Shown piece by piece: positions 47,661 to 56,146 of a stretch of DNA of 64,000 bases. The stretch covers positions 10,964 through 74,963 of the IMG/VR virus record IMGVR_UViG_3300030329_002830. One strand, 5' to 3'. Every line of letters begins with the position of its first letter. Within the stretch, counting starts at the first letter, position 1. Origin of the DNA: a virus. The translations under genes were made by a program, and so were the position numbers. The notes beneath the pieces are model-generated. The model was not told where the DNA came from, made no database searches, and was given only the letters and a program-made list of their open reading frames with translations.

Positions 47661-47858
47661 ATGTCTACACAGAACAACAGCACAGATAAGAGCACTCCAG
47701 ATTGCATTCCACACAGCACGATTGTTGAGTCAATGGCCAAGGAAGGCCAGAAACTCAACGATCATGTACAGCTTTCATCTCGCGATGAAAAAGCAAAGTA
47801 TCTCGTGGATATGACTGACTTGTTCCACAAAGAGTGGAAGAAGACCAAGAAGCCCTAA
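47661..47858 (+). CDS. 65-aa protein antisense to the late genes
   Basis: Fills the gap between two - strand genes; has its own promoter; stop overlaps the ssb stop. Confidence 0.55.
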   Translation: MSTQNNSTDKSTPDCIPHSTIVESMAKEGQKLNDHVQLSSRDEKAKYLVDMTDLFHKEWKKTKKP

Positions 47859-48271
47859 AACGGGATTTCAGCGTCAGCATTTGAAGAGGAAGACGCAACC
47901 GGAGAGTGCCCGTTTGACGGAGCGCTTCGCTGCGACGTGCCCTCACTTCTGTCACCAAGGAACCTGATTTGGTCTGCAACCACCTCAGTAGCCTTGCGGT
48001 CAATGCCAGACTTGTCTTGGAACTCGCGCGTTTGTAGGCGGCCCTCAATGTAAAGCTGCTTGCCCTTGGAGCAATACTTGGCGAGGTTTTCGGCCTGGCG
48101 ACCCCAAACCGTGACGGTGTGCCACTCTGTGTGGTCTACCCAAGTATCCCCTTCTTTCTTTCGGTCGTTGGTCGCAACACGAACATTGACCACAGCAAAG
48201 TCGTTCTTTGTTCTGCGAAGCTCAGGGTCCGTACCCAAACGGCCAACCAAAATCACCTTGTTTACACTCAT
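47855..48271 (-). CDS. ssb: Single-stranded DNA-binding protein
   Basis: MSVNKVILVGRLGTDPELR, TEWH, KGKQLYIEGRL, C-terminal EIPF. Confidence 0.96.
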   Translation of the reverse strand: MSVNKVILVGRLGTDPELRRTKNDFAVVNVRVATNDRKKEGDTWVDHTEWHTVTVWGRQAENLAKYCSKGKQLYIEGRLQTREFQDKSGIDRKATEVVADQIRFLGDRSEGTSQRSAPSNGHSPVASSSSNADAEIPF

Positions 48272-48429
48272 TTCTTCTCACCTTTTAGTATTTCGGAAGC
48301 AAATATCGCCACCTTCTGAGCGCGCTTCTTGTCATCTTTAAGCGCGCCCGGATTCTTTTTTTCATAAGCCCGAAGCTTTCGGGCCAACTTTAGTTGCTGA
48401 CTTGATGTCAGCTTCTTCTTTTTGCTCAT
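48268..48429 (-). CDS. 53-aa basic protein (not in the ORF track)
   Basis: MSKKKKLTSSQQ...; ATGA overlap with ssb. Confidence 0.55.
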   Translation of the reverse strand: MSKKKKLTSSQQLKLARKLRAYEKKNPGALKDDKKRAQKVAIFASEILKGEKK

Positions 48430-48432
48430 CAC

Positions 48433-48654
48433 TCACGCATATTTGAAGGACTTAGCCTTCTCATCCATATCATCTGCATCAATCTTCTCACCTTTATTAG
48501 TCAACTTGTCGCCTTTTGCGAGGGCACTTCCCTCTTTAAGAAGCTGTCCCATAGACTTCTTCTTACTATCTGGAGACTTGCTCTGATCCTTCTTCTTGCG
48601 TAGCACGTACTTGCCACCACGAAGTGCCTGTTCAGGGGTCATTCCTTTAGCCAT
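48433..48654 (-). CDS. Small Lys-rich protein
   Basis: Translationally coupled ORF. Confidence 0.6.
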   Translation of the reverse strand: MAKGMTPEQALRGGKYVLRKKKDQSKSPDSKKKSMGQLLKEGSALAKGDKLTNKGEKIDADDMDEKAKSFKYA

Positions 48655-49085
48655 CAGACTTCTCCCGATTCCATTGCTTCCTGCAATCTATGGAAAACCA
48701 AATCGCGGCCACCTTTTCTCCGGCGCTCACGAAGCTCACTTAAAATACCCTCTTGCGTAGCCATCTTATCAGTAAGTGAGTCCCACTGGGATTTCAATGA
48801 CTTAATCCTTTGGTCGGCTCCAGCCAAACGGACCTTGTGCGGGAACTCGAAATACTCTTCCTCAACAGCAAGCGTATTGCTTTTAAGTCGGTCCATCTCG
48901 GCCATCGCATCTTCATACTCTTTGTCCAGAGCCTGGCCCTGCGCATCTTCCATCTCTGGACGAAATGACCCAGCCGGTTCGCTCTCGACCACGACTGGCC
49001 GGACCTCGCGCGCAGCAAGCGCCACCTTGCCCTCAGGAAAGGAGAACGACTCCATCAGTTCTATGTCTATTAGATCAAGCGCCAT
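48654..49085 (-). CDS. Coiled-coil hypothetical protein
   Basis: Coupled ORF. Confidence 0.6.
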   Translation of the reverse strand: MALDLIDIELMESFSFPEGKVALAAREVRPVVVESEPAGSFRPEMEDAQGQALDKEYEDAMAEMDRLKSNTLAVEEEYFEFPHKVRLAGADQRIKSLKSQWDSLTDKMATQEGILSELRERRRKGGRDLVFHRLQEAMESGEV

Positions 49086-49324
49086 TAGTACGAACTGCTA
49101 ACCTTGTACCCGTGCGGGTTTCCTTTCTTCATCTTCTTGGCAACCTTACCAACAATCTTAGAGTCACTTGCATGCACCTTGGACGCCTTAGCAAGCTGCT
49201 TCGACTGTTTAGCGTGAGCCTTGGATGCCTTAGCAAGGTTTTGAGAAGCCTTTTTCAGAGCCTTCTTTGGGTCCGTCTTGCCAGACATGTTTTCAGCAAG
49301 GTACTTGTCGCTTTCGTCCATTAT
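49085..49324 (-). CDS. Lys/Ala-rich basic protein
   Basis: AGGTG RBS; LAKASKxHA repeated. Confidence 0.6.
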   Translation of the reverse strand: MMDESDKYLAENMSGKTDPKKALKKASQNLAKASKAHAKQSKQLAKASKVHASDSKIVGKVAKKMKKGNPHGYKVSSSY

Positions 49325-49623
49325 GATTTCACCTTTGAGCCGCCGCGCCACTGGTAACAAGACCAATACTTTGCGGTCAGCTTGTTCTTTGCAGACTGCT
49401 TGTCGCAGCCATGGCGACTTCTAAAGTTCTTGCGCCGCTTCGGGTCATCCCTACGGATTTCCATCTTCGCATCTCCAAACCGGATGGTCTTTTCTTTGTC
49501 TCCCTGCTTAGCGCGAACCACAAACTTCTTCTTACCGTACCCAGGCTCACCCTTTTTGATTCGCCTGGGACGATTCACGGCCATCTTCTTAATGGCCTCA
49601 CTTCGCTTGTACTTAGTCGCCAT
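49321..49623 (-). CDS. Basic conserved phage protein (RFGD...FRSRHGC...KYWSC family)
   Basis: Motif I recall from small genes near terminases in environmental phages. Confidence 0.7.
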   Translation of the reverse strand: MATKYKRSEAIKKMAVNRPRRIKKGEPGYGKKKFVVRAKQGDKEKTIRFGDAKMEIRRDDPKRRKNFRSRHGCDKQSAKNKLTAKYWSCYQWRGGSKVKS

Positions 49624-49780
49624 TTTTTGGCTCAATGCTCTTTGCGGCCTCTACAAGGCGGTTCCACTTGTCTTGGCGAGACTGCTCAATCTCAGCGTCG
49701 ATGACCTCAAGACCGGCGGCGTTGGGGCGCTCAGGGTTGCTTAGGACGGCCTTCTTCACTTGTTCAACAATCTTGCTCAT
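49613..49780 (-). CDS. 55-aa hypothetical protein (not in the ORF track)
   Basis: GGAGG RBS; coupled to both neighbours. Confidence 0.55.
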   Translation of the reverse strand: MSKIVEQVKKAVLSNPERPNAAGLEVIDAEIEQSRQDKWNRLVEAAKSIEPKNGD

Positions 49781-50289
49781 CAGTAGCCTCCATACAGTTC
49801 GCGCATGTACATCGCATGCTGCCTCATCTGTAGAAGCTGCGGAGTAGTCATCGCGGCTGCCTGCTCTGCGGGAATGCCCAGTTGCTGGATTAGCCCCATT
49901 CGGGCCTGGTTTTCCTGCTGCTCGCGTGCCGCTTCCTCCAATTGCCTCTGCTGAATAATGCGCTGCTCTCGGAGCATGGGGTCAGTCTCCATACCCAGGC
50001 GCACCCGCTCCTCTCGAAGGCGGGCAAGCTCCAGATCGGGGCTTGCAGGCGGCGCTGTCCCAGCCGCAGCCATCAACGCCTCGGTGCGCTGCGCTATCTC
50101 GTTTGGGGTCGGGGCTTGCCCCATAACCGGCGGCGGAGCCGGGGCTGTCATAGCCCCCTGTAGGATGGCATCAGGAGACTGCTGGGGTGGCGGAGCAGCA
50201 GCGGGAGCCTTCACGGGGCCGGATGGTGTTGGAGGAGCCTGCTGTGGCTTTAGAACAGGCGCGGAACTGACGGGTTTTTGGGTTGCCAT
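49780..50289 (-). CDS. Pro/Gln-rich hypothetical protein
   Basis: Coupled ORF. Confidence 0.6.
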   Translation of the reverse strand: MATQKPVSSAPVLKPQQAPPTPSGPVKAPAAAPPPQQSPDAILQGAMTAPAPPPVMGQAPTPNEIAQRTEALMAAAGTAPPASPDLELARLREERVRLGMETDPMLREQRIIQQRQLEEAAREQQENQARMGLIQQLGIPAEQAAAMTTPQLLQMRQHAMYMRELYGGY

Positions 50290-50768
50290 TAGATCTTGCC
50301 CTCATCCTTAAGTCTATATGCTTCTTGAAGAGATTCATACACAGCAAGCTGGCTGGCACTTGGCCTACCTGTGCGTGTCGTAAAGTTCCACGCAGACCCA
50401 GGATACATCACAGGCAGCGTACCCTCGTCTTTGAAGCGCTGAAGGTGCGCCTTGAGGTTTGCATCAAAGGTCTCTTTGTAGTCCTGTTCGTTGCGGAACT
50501 GAGACATCATTGACGCCTCAGTCTCACCGGACGGGCCTTCGAAAAACCCAATAGAGGGACTCTTGGCAGCTTTGCGGGCCTGCATGACATCGTAAGCGTG
50601 AATCTCGTCCTGCTCGCGGTAGTCACGAGCCTCCCGGCCTTCCTTTTCCCGAATCAACTCTTCATCGGTCGGGTCAGGCATAACGGGGCGCCGAACAGAA
50701 ACATAGACAGGTTCACCAGCCTTGTTCACTCGACGCTCGTAGTATGTGTGTCCTTTACCCATCAACAA
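50289..50768 (-). CDS. Hypothetical protein
   Basis: ORF in operon. Confidence 0.6.
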   Translation of the reverse strand: MLMGKGHTYYERRVNKAGEPVYVSVRRPVMPDPTDEELIREKEGREARDYREQDEIHAYDVMQARKAAKSPSIGFFEGPSGETEASMMSQFRNEQDYKETFDANLKAHLQRFKDEGTLPVMYPGSAWNFTTRTGRPSASQLAVYESLQEAYRLKDEGKI

Positions 50769-50778
50769 TACCGATACA

Positions 50779-51081
50779 TCACATGGTTCCGCGCTGCTTC
50801 AAAATAGAGATGACCCGAGAGCGCTCCTCAGCCACAAGCTTGCGGTACTCTTCCGGTGAGTAGTCATCCAGGGCCCAGCCATATCGCATGTAGGCCAACT
50901 CTGTAGCCATCTCACTCAGCAACTCATTGCTCATGCCACGACCACCCATGTCGTGACCGCCCAGCCGCTCCTCAGCGCGCCGCATTAATGCGTCCGCATC
51001 AATGGTCCCGCTCTGGCGGAACTCGCGCGCAAATTCACCCTCAGGGTCAATTGCTGGGGATTGGTCGGGAGCCATGGCCAT
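50779..51081 (-). CDS. Hypothetical protein
   Basis: ORF in operon. Confidence 0.6.
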   Translation of the reverse strand: MAMAPDQSPAIDPEGEFAREFRQSGTIDADALMRRAEERLGGHDMGGRGMSNELLSEMATELAYMRYGWALDDYSPEEYRKLVAEERSRVISILKQRGTM

Positions 51082-51825
51082 TTAGAACTCTTTGCCTGGG
51101 GGTGCTTCTTGAGCCAGCTTCGGGGCAACACCAACCTTGCCTGTGCCAGTTCTTTGGTCGTCCGCAACGCCGCTCAGAAAGTCACTGACCTTTTCTTTTC
51201 CTTGAAAGTAAAGGTCGGACGGACTGTAGTCGCTCAGAAAGTCACCGACCTTTTCTTTTCCTCGAAAGTAAAAGTTGACCATCGGCCCTCCTCCTTGACG
51301 TTCTCGCGCTCTTCGTAGTCGTTCACGGTCAGCCATCCCCTCAATCAGCGGGTCTGGGTCAGCCTCGGGCAACAATGTCTCGCCAAGACGATACTCGCTG
51401 CCGGGCTTCTCGCGCTCTTCGTAGTATTCTTCAAGCGTAGACGGCCCAGGGCCTTGGTACTCGACTCCAGCCGGACCTCGATCAAGCGGGCTCTCGACAC
51501 CAAGATGGTCGGAAATCGCGTCAATCTCGTCCTGAAGACGATCATGGCGCTCAATCCGGTGCCGCCACTTCATCAACTCAGCATCATCCGCAGGAAGCGA
51601 CCGATACTCGGACATCAGACGATCAAGCTGGCCAAGCAAGTCCGACGCACGCCCCGCAGACATCGACCCAGAGAGCACCTCGTCTTCATCCTCACGCAAG
51701 GTTGCTCGTTTCGAGTGATAAGCATCCTCAATAGGTAGTGGAGCAGCACGCTCCCGCAAGACTGGCTCTGTCGGTGGCGGCGCGCCCTCTGGAACAGGCT
51801 TTACTGGTTGCCCACGATCACTCAT
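51082..51825 (-). CDS. Hypothetical protein with an internal 20-aa duplication
   Basis: GAGGTG RBS; YFxGKEKVxDFLS occurs twice. Confidence 0.6.
   Translation of the reverse strand: MSDRGQPVKPVPEGAPPPTEPVLRERAAPLPIEDAYHSKRATLREDEDEVLSGSMSAGRASDLLGQLDRLMSEYRSLPADDAELMKWRHRIERHDRLQDEIDAISDHLGVESPLDRGPAGVEYQGPGPSTLEEYYEEREKPGSEYRLGETLLPEADPDPLIEGMADRERLRRARERQGGGPMVNFYFRGKEKVGDFLSDYSPSDLYFQGKEKVSDFLSGVADDQRTGTGKVGVAPKLAQEAPPGKEF
51172..51276. repeat. Duplication with 60-bp period
   Basis: CGCTCAGAAAGTCAC.GACCTTTTCTTTTCCT.GAAAGTAAA at 51172 and 51232. Confidence 0.9.
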
Positions 51826-51833
51826 CGCTCACC

Positions 51834-52211
51834 TCATGTCGTATAGCGAATACTGTACTTCACGGTCCCGGTCGGGTCCGTCGTGCCCTCAGTGCCGCCA
51901 GAACCAGACACCACAGCAGCAAAAAGCGCCACAGTGTACGCAAGGCCGTCTGGGTAAGCCACGCTGACCGTCGACGCCGAAAGGCACTTGATGATGTGGT
52001 CAGGAGCCGTAGAACCAACCGTAGGTGTGTTCCCCGAGCCTTGATACAGCTTCAAGTAAACATCCGACTGGTTCCCAGAGTTGTTGATCTCAATCTGGTA
52101 AATCGTGCCACCAGAGTCATCAATCTGAGTCACACTACTCGCCAAACCCTGACTCTCGGTCGCAACCAGCGTGCCAAGTGGATTTGATACATCTGATTTG
52201 AGCAAAGCCAT
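51834..52211 (-). CDS. ~125-aa beta-rich virion protein, paralog 5
   Basis: GTIYQIEINN..VYLKLY..VGSTAPDH..YPDGL. Confidence 0.7.
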   Translation of the reverse strand: MALLKSDVSNPLGTLVATESQGLASSVTQIDDSGGTIYQIEINNSGNQSDVYLKLYQGSGNTPTVGSTAPDHIIKCLSASTVSVAYPDGLAYTVALFAAVVSGSGGTEGTTDPTGTVKYSIRYTT

Positions 52212-52220
52212 CTATCGCTC

Positions 52221-52595
52221 CTAAGCAACCACAAGGTTGACTGTAACTGACGCAGCAGGATCAGTGGTCGCGTCACCGCCCGTACCAGAAGTGGTCGAGC
52301 AATTCATCGAAATACCGTTCTGGAAAACAACCCCGCCTGGGTAATACGCAATCACTCGGCCACCGCCAGCAACCCGAATCTGATGGTCCGGCTTGCTTGT
52401 GCCAGCCGTTACCGTCGACGCTGCATCATACAGCTTCAAGTACACCACCGTTCCAGAGTTCGCGGCGTTGTTGACATCAATCGCGTACACCTTTGCGCCA
52501 GCCCCAAAAATGTTGACCTTGGGATCGGCCTCAAGGTCAGACTCGACGGCCAACTTGTACGAAAAACTTGAACCTGAGGCAATCGATAGCGCCAT
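52221..52595 (-). CDS. ~125-aa beta-rich virion protein, paralog 6
   Basis: VYAIDVNNAAN..VYLKLYD..AGTSKPDH..YPGGVVF. Confidence 0.7.
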   Translation of the reverse strand: MALSIASGSSFSYKLAVESDLEADPKVNIFGAGAKVYAIDVNNAANSGTVVYLKLYDAASTVTAGTSKPDHQIRVAGGGRVIAYYPGGVVFQNGISMNCSTTSGTGGDATTDPAASVTVNLVVA

Positions 52596-52664
52596 AGCAT
52601 CTCCCTAAAGGATTCTCGCCACAATACTTTACTCCATTCTGCCCATCACGGAAAGGCAACAAGC

Positions 52665-52697
52665 AAAAACCTCTGGAGGTTCAACACCCCCAGAGGT
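52665..52697 (-). terminator. Intrinsic terminator
   Basis: ACCTCTGG...CCAGAGGT stem with an A5 flank. Confidence 0.55.
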
Positions 52698-52811
52698 CGA
52701 GCATAGATCAACAACTTGACCTTCCTATAGCCAAAAATACTGCAATGGGGACTGTAAAATCGACCACAGGCCAAATCACACTACTTATTTCGACCATCAC
52801 AGTCAAATAAC

Positions 52812-52850
52812 AAAAAAAATGGTCCGCCAGCTACGAAAGCCAGCGGACCA
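52812..52850 (-). terminator. Intrinsic terminator
   Basis: TGGTCCGC...GCGGACCA stem with an A8 flank. Confidence 0.7.
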
Positions 52851-52901
52851 CAACAACAGAATGAGGACATGACGCCTCAAGACCATTCTATGCACCAAAC
52901 C

Positions 52902-53429
52902 TCACTCACGCAAGAATCGGCAATACTTTGTCACGCCAGAGAACCCACAACCAGCACTTCTGGCCGGCGAATCAGGATGATCCTCCGCACAGCGAAACTT
53001 CAATATCGCCCACTGCTGCATCTTTGCGCTCCAACCCAAACGAACCACGTCCGCGTCACGAACCGAACAATGGTAGTTCAGCGCCTCGTACCGTAGCTCG
53101 CGCTCAAACGGAAACGACGAAAGCGCCATCCCAGCCTCACTCTTGCGCTTAAACGTGCCACACTCAATATCACTGAACTCGTCAGGAGCAGAATTGCACC
53201 AGACATACATAATCTGCGGCAGCATACGACCCAGACCATTTTCACACAAAACACTAAAGTGGGAACGCCCCGAGCCTTTGTATGTCTCTACAACTCTCTG
53301 AACTGGGCAACCATTAGCGGCAGCAACATCGGCAGCCTCTTCGCCCCATCGGTACTTCAGTTCAGGTATGTCAGAAGCATGCGATGTCCCAGTTGTCATC
53401 GCAAGAATCACCAGCATCATCCAAATCAC
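52902..53429 (-). CDS. Exported Cys-rich protein
   Basis: Signal-peptide-like N-terminus ending SHA; eight Cys. Confidence 0.6.
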   Translation of the reverse strand: MIWMMLVILAMTTGTSHASDIPELKYRWGEEAADVAAANGCPVQRVVETYKGSGRSHFSVLCENGLGRMLPQIMYVWCNSAPDEFSDIECGTFKRKSEAGMALSSFPFERELRYEALNYHCSVRDADVVRLGWSAKMQQWAILKFRCAEDHPDSPARSAGCGFSGVTKYCRFLRE

Positions 53430-53907
53430 TATTCACCTCACTTAATGCCTGGCCCTTTGGAATAAAGGACTTCGGCTCACATTGAATCGGTCTAATCATA
53501 ATCTCAACACGAGGAATACCATCTTTCTCTGCATAGCAGTCTTGACATTCGCTCTTTACTACCAAGCAGTCATCTCGAATGATTCCTGCCATCACAATCG
53601 CATCCCACGTACATTTCTCTATGTTGTCTGCATCTGGAGTCTTCGGCTTCCAGATAAGCCCATCAGGATCCTTCTTTCGCATCAATCGCTTCGGTCTTGG
53701 CGCTGCTGCAAGCAATCGAACCTCTACAGGCCCATCGAATGGAACATCCTTCCACAGGCCCCGTAGAACAAACGCTGTTCCACGCTCCCACTCCGCTGTG
53801 CGCTTCGGCGTGTAGATGCGCGCATGCCCCCCAACCACAGCCGCCCTGCCACGACCCTTGCCAATCGGAGCACCAGGAATCACTGCGAAAAATGGGAAAT
53901 CAGCCAT
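53371..53907 (-). CDS. rusA: RusA-family Holliday junction resolvase
   Basis: GKGRGR..YTPKRT, TPDADNIEK..WDA..IIRDD. Confidence 0.9.
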   Translation of the reverse strand: MADFPFFAVIPGAPIGKGRGRAAVVGGHARIYTPKRTAEWERGTAFVLRGLWKDVPFDGPVEVRLLAAAPRPKRLMRKKDPDGLIWKPKTPDADNIEKCTWDAIVMAGIIRDDCLVVKSECQDCYAEKDGIPRVEIMIRPIQCEPKSFIPKGQALSEVNSDLDDAGDSCDDNWDIACF

Positions 53908-54238
53908 TATCGAATGCCTCGTAGAGTTCCTTGACCGTCTTGTGCAAATTAGTCATGTCGGGCAAACCGTCAAGCTTTTTTGCGGCCAAGTAGGTCTCGT
54001 CGACCTTTATGTACAGGATTTTAATCATAGCAGGGTTGTCTACGTAGGACTCAAGCTCGTGTAGCGCCCACGGTAGGTCAAGTTGGGAAGGAATTCGCTT
54101 TGCCCACCAAGGAACCATCTTCCAGTCCGATTCGCGCAAAGAACAGGCCGAAAGCCACGAATACCACTCGCTGAGAACCATCCGAAGTTGGTGCTGAGCA
54201 CGTCGAGCCAAAGCTTCCATCAGTTCTTGTACGCCCAT
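53900..54238 (-). CDS. Hypothetical protein
   Basis: GGAG RBS; overlaps both neighbours. Confidence 0.55.
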   Translation of the reverse strand: MGVQELMEALARRAQHQLRMVLSEWYSWLSACSLRESDWKMVPWWAKRIPSQLDLPWALHELESYVDNPAMIKILYIKVDETYLAAKKLDGLPDMTNLHKTVKELYEAFDNG

Positions 54239-55263
54239 CGTTTGTAGTCAGCACAACCAGGCTCCATGACACTCATGCCAAATGGCACGTTTGGCTCCTC
54301 GCTCATGCCAAATGGCTGGTCCCAAATGCCATCATGGTGGTCATACCAGAACCAGATGCACTCTTCCCACTCATTTGGAGAAAGGCGCACCCACTTAATG
54401 TGGTAGTGCTTCGAAGCCATCAGCCGTAGCGGCCTTGGCAAGGCCGAAGGATTCTCCTGGTAGACCTGCTTACACAGTCCGATGAAAGCGCGCGAACGCT
54501 GCCTATAGCCCCGCCAACTGCTGAAGTGAATGCGCAAAGTCTCCGAATCAGGCAGATACTTCGCGCAGCGTATGCGCTGGTCGTACAAGTGTTGCGCAGC
54601 CTTGCGGAACTTCCTGTAAACGTCCGTAGGAACAGTTCGGCCATGCTTCAGCATCTCTCGATGCAATGTTCGGAGCACAAACTGCCCAGCACGCAAAACG
54701 TCCGACGGCAAACGCGCATGACGCTCATGCTGGGTCTCAGTCTTGGGCACAATCGAGGAAAAGCGCTTGAAGATGCGCGTCAACCTGCCTGGAGCAACGC
54801 AAAGAGCAGCAACACGCCCAAAAGGGTCGCAAATCGTCAACTGCGTATCTGAGCGATGAAAAGACCAGCAATGTCCGCCAATAGAGTCACTTCTGGCCTT
54901 ATCAAGTGAATCGTGGTCCAAACGGTCATGCCTTTCACCCAGAACAAGCAAAGATGTCGCATTTGGCCGAACAAGATCCATCATGGCCTCGTCCAGCGCA
55001 CCGTAGCGACAGACAACATCGCCAGGAAGCAACCAGTCATCAGCCTGCTTCGGTATCGATGTCAGCCTGAAGAAATGAACGTCCTCAGCCTGCCCAACAG
55101 CAGAAACCTCTCTGTAGGTGTCAATCTCAGAAGGATCCACAACTGGAAGAGACAAAACGCCTGGAACGCCCTCTTTCGGGTAAAACCTGCCCAAACAAAT
55201 GTGGTCTACAACCATCTCAAGAACCTCAGCCTGCACCAAGCATCCTATACGCCCAAAGCACAC
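54220..55263 (-). CDS. Hypothetical protein
   Basis: 347-aa ORF; start codon uncertain. Confidence 0.6.
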   Translation of the reverse strand: MCFGRIGCLVQAEVLEMVVDHICLGRFYPKEGVPGVLSLPVVDPSEIDTYREVSAVGQAEDVHFFRLTSIPKQADDWLLPGDVVCRYGALDEAMMDLVRPNATSLLVLGERHDRLDHDSLDKARSDSIGGHCWSFHRSDTQLTICDPFGRVAALCVAPGRLTRIFKRFSSIVPKTETQHERHARLPSDVLRAGQFVLRTLHREMLKHGRTVPTDVYRKFRKAAQHLYDQRIRCAKYLPDSETLRIHFSSWRGYRQRSRAFIGLCKQVYQENPSALPRPLRLMASKHYHIKWVRLSPNEWEECIWFWYDHHDGIWDQPFGMSEEPNVPFGMSVMEPGCADYKRWAYKN

Positions 55264-55566
55264 GATTCAACTGCGGCGCCCCAAAAGACTGGCCTACAAC
55301 GCTGTATTCCGGCATTCTAAGCCCGTAACCTGCCGAGACTGCTGAACCCTCTACATCTCTATCTCTACTATTATCTATTGGCTTAACGGGGGGGGCTTTT
55401 CAGATTTTTTTTTTGGCGGGCCTCATCGACCCCCTCTCGGCCCCCACCTGGCCTCCGGCCAGCCCCAGCACCCCCATCCCGCCCCCCGAAGGGGGGAGGG
55501 GTCTCCGTTTCCAGCCCAGAGGGCTGAGGGTGGAGTGGGTCCGGCCTGGACCTCTGGTCCACCCCG

Positions 55567-56016
55567 TCACATGGTCCACCTCCGGTGGAGGGGGGTCGCC
55601 TCGCGATCCGCCTGGTTCCCGCGCTGGGCGAGGGCTGCGACCTGGTCGACCTGGTCGGCCTGGCTGGCACCGGGCACCGTGCCCAGGGCAGTGGCCACCA
55701 CCACCGCAGCAGCAGCAGCCACCCGGCGGCCCCACCGGCTGAAGCCGGAGGCCACGCGGGACACGCGCGCGCGGAGAGGAGAAGCCTCAGCCACCACCAC
55801 CAGGGCGGGGGCATCGGCCACCACCACCACCGGGGAGGGGGCGGGGGTCTCGACCTGAGCCACGGGGGCCGGGGTCAGGACCACCACCGCCGGAGCACCG
55901 GGGAGGCGGAGAGCAGCAGCGCGGGACCAGGCCACGAACCGTCCGGTGCGAACACACCGGGCCCGCTGCCGGGGGTCGGCTGCGGTGCGGTTCGAGAAGG
56001 CAAGGACTGCGTGCAT
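55567..56016 (-). CDS. Possible Ala/Val/Pro-rich membrane protein
   Basis: RCVRTGRFV motif, APxVVV repeats and a hydrophobic segment; GC-rich, so it may be spurious. Confidence 0.4.
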   Translation of the reverse strand: MHAVLAFSNRTAADPRQRARCVRTGRFVAWSRAAALRLPGAPAVVVLTPAPVAQVETPAPSPVVVVADAPALVVVAEASPLRARVSRVASGFSRWGRRVAAAAAVVVATALGTVPGASQADQVDQVAALAQRGNQADREATPLHRRWTM

Positions 56017-56146
56017 GCGAAGAACTTGTGCACCGATGGCATGGCGGCAACCCCTCTTGCCTAACTTTCTGCCCAACAAACAAAATGAAAATCTTTTCCT
56101 TAATGATTCCGCACACTTACAGACTTTCTTCACTTTATTTTGCTAT

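Noticed and set aside
26156-51276. 42-, 15- and 60-bp repeats as regulatory arrays
   Set aside because: All are in-frame duplications within low-complexity coding regions.
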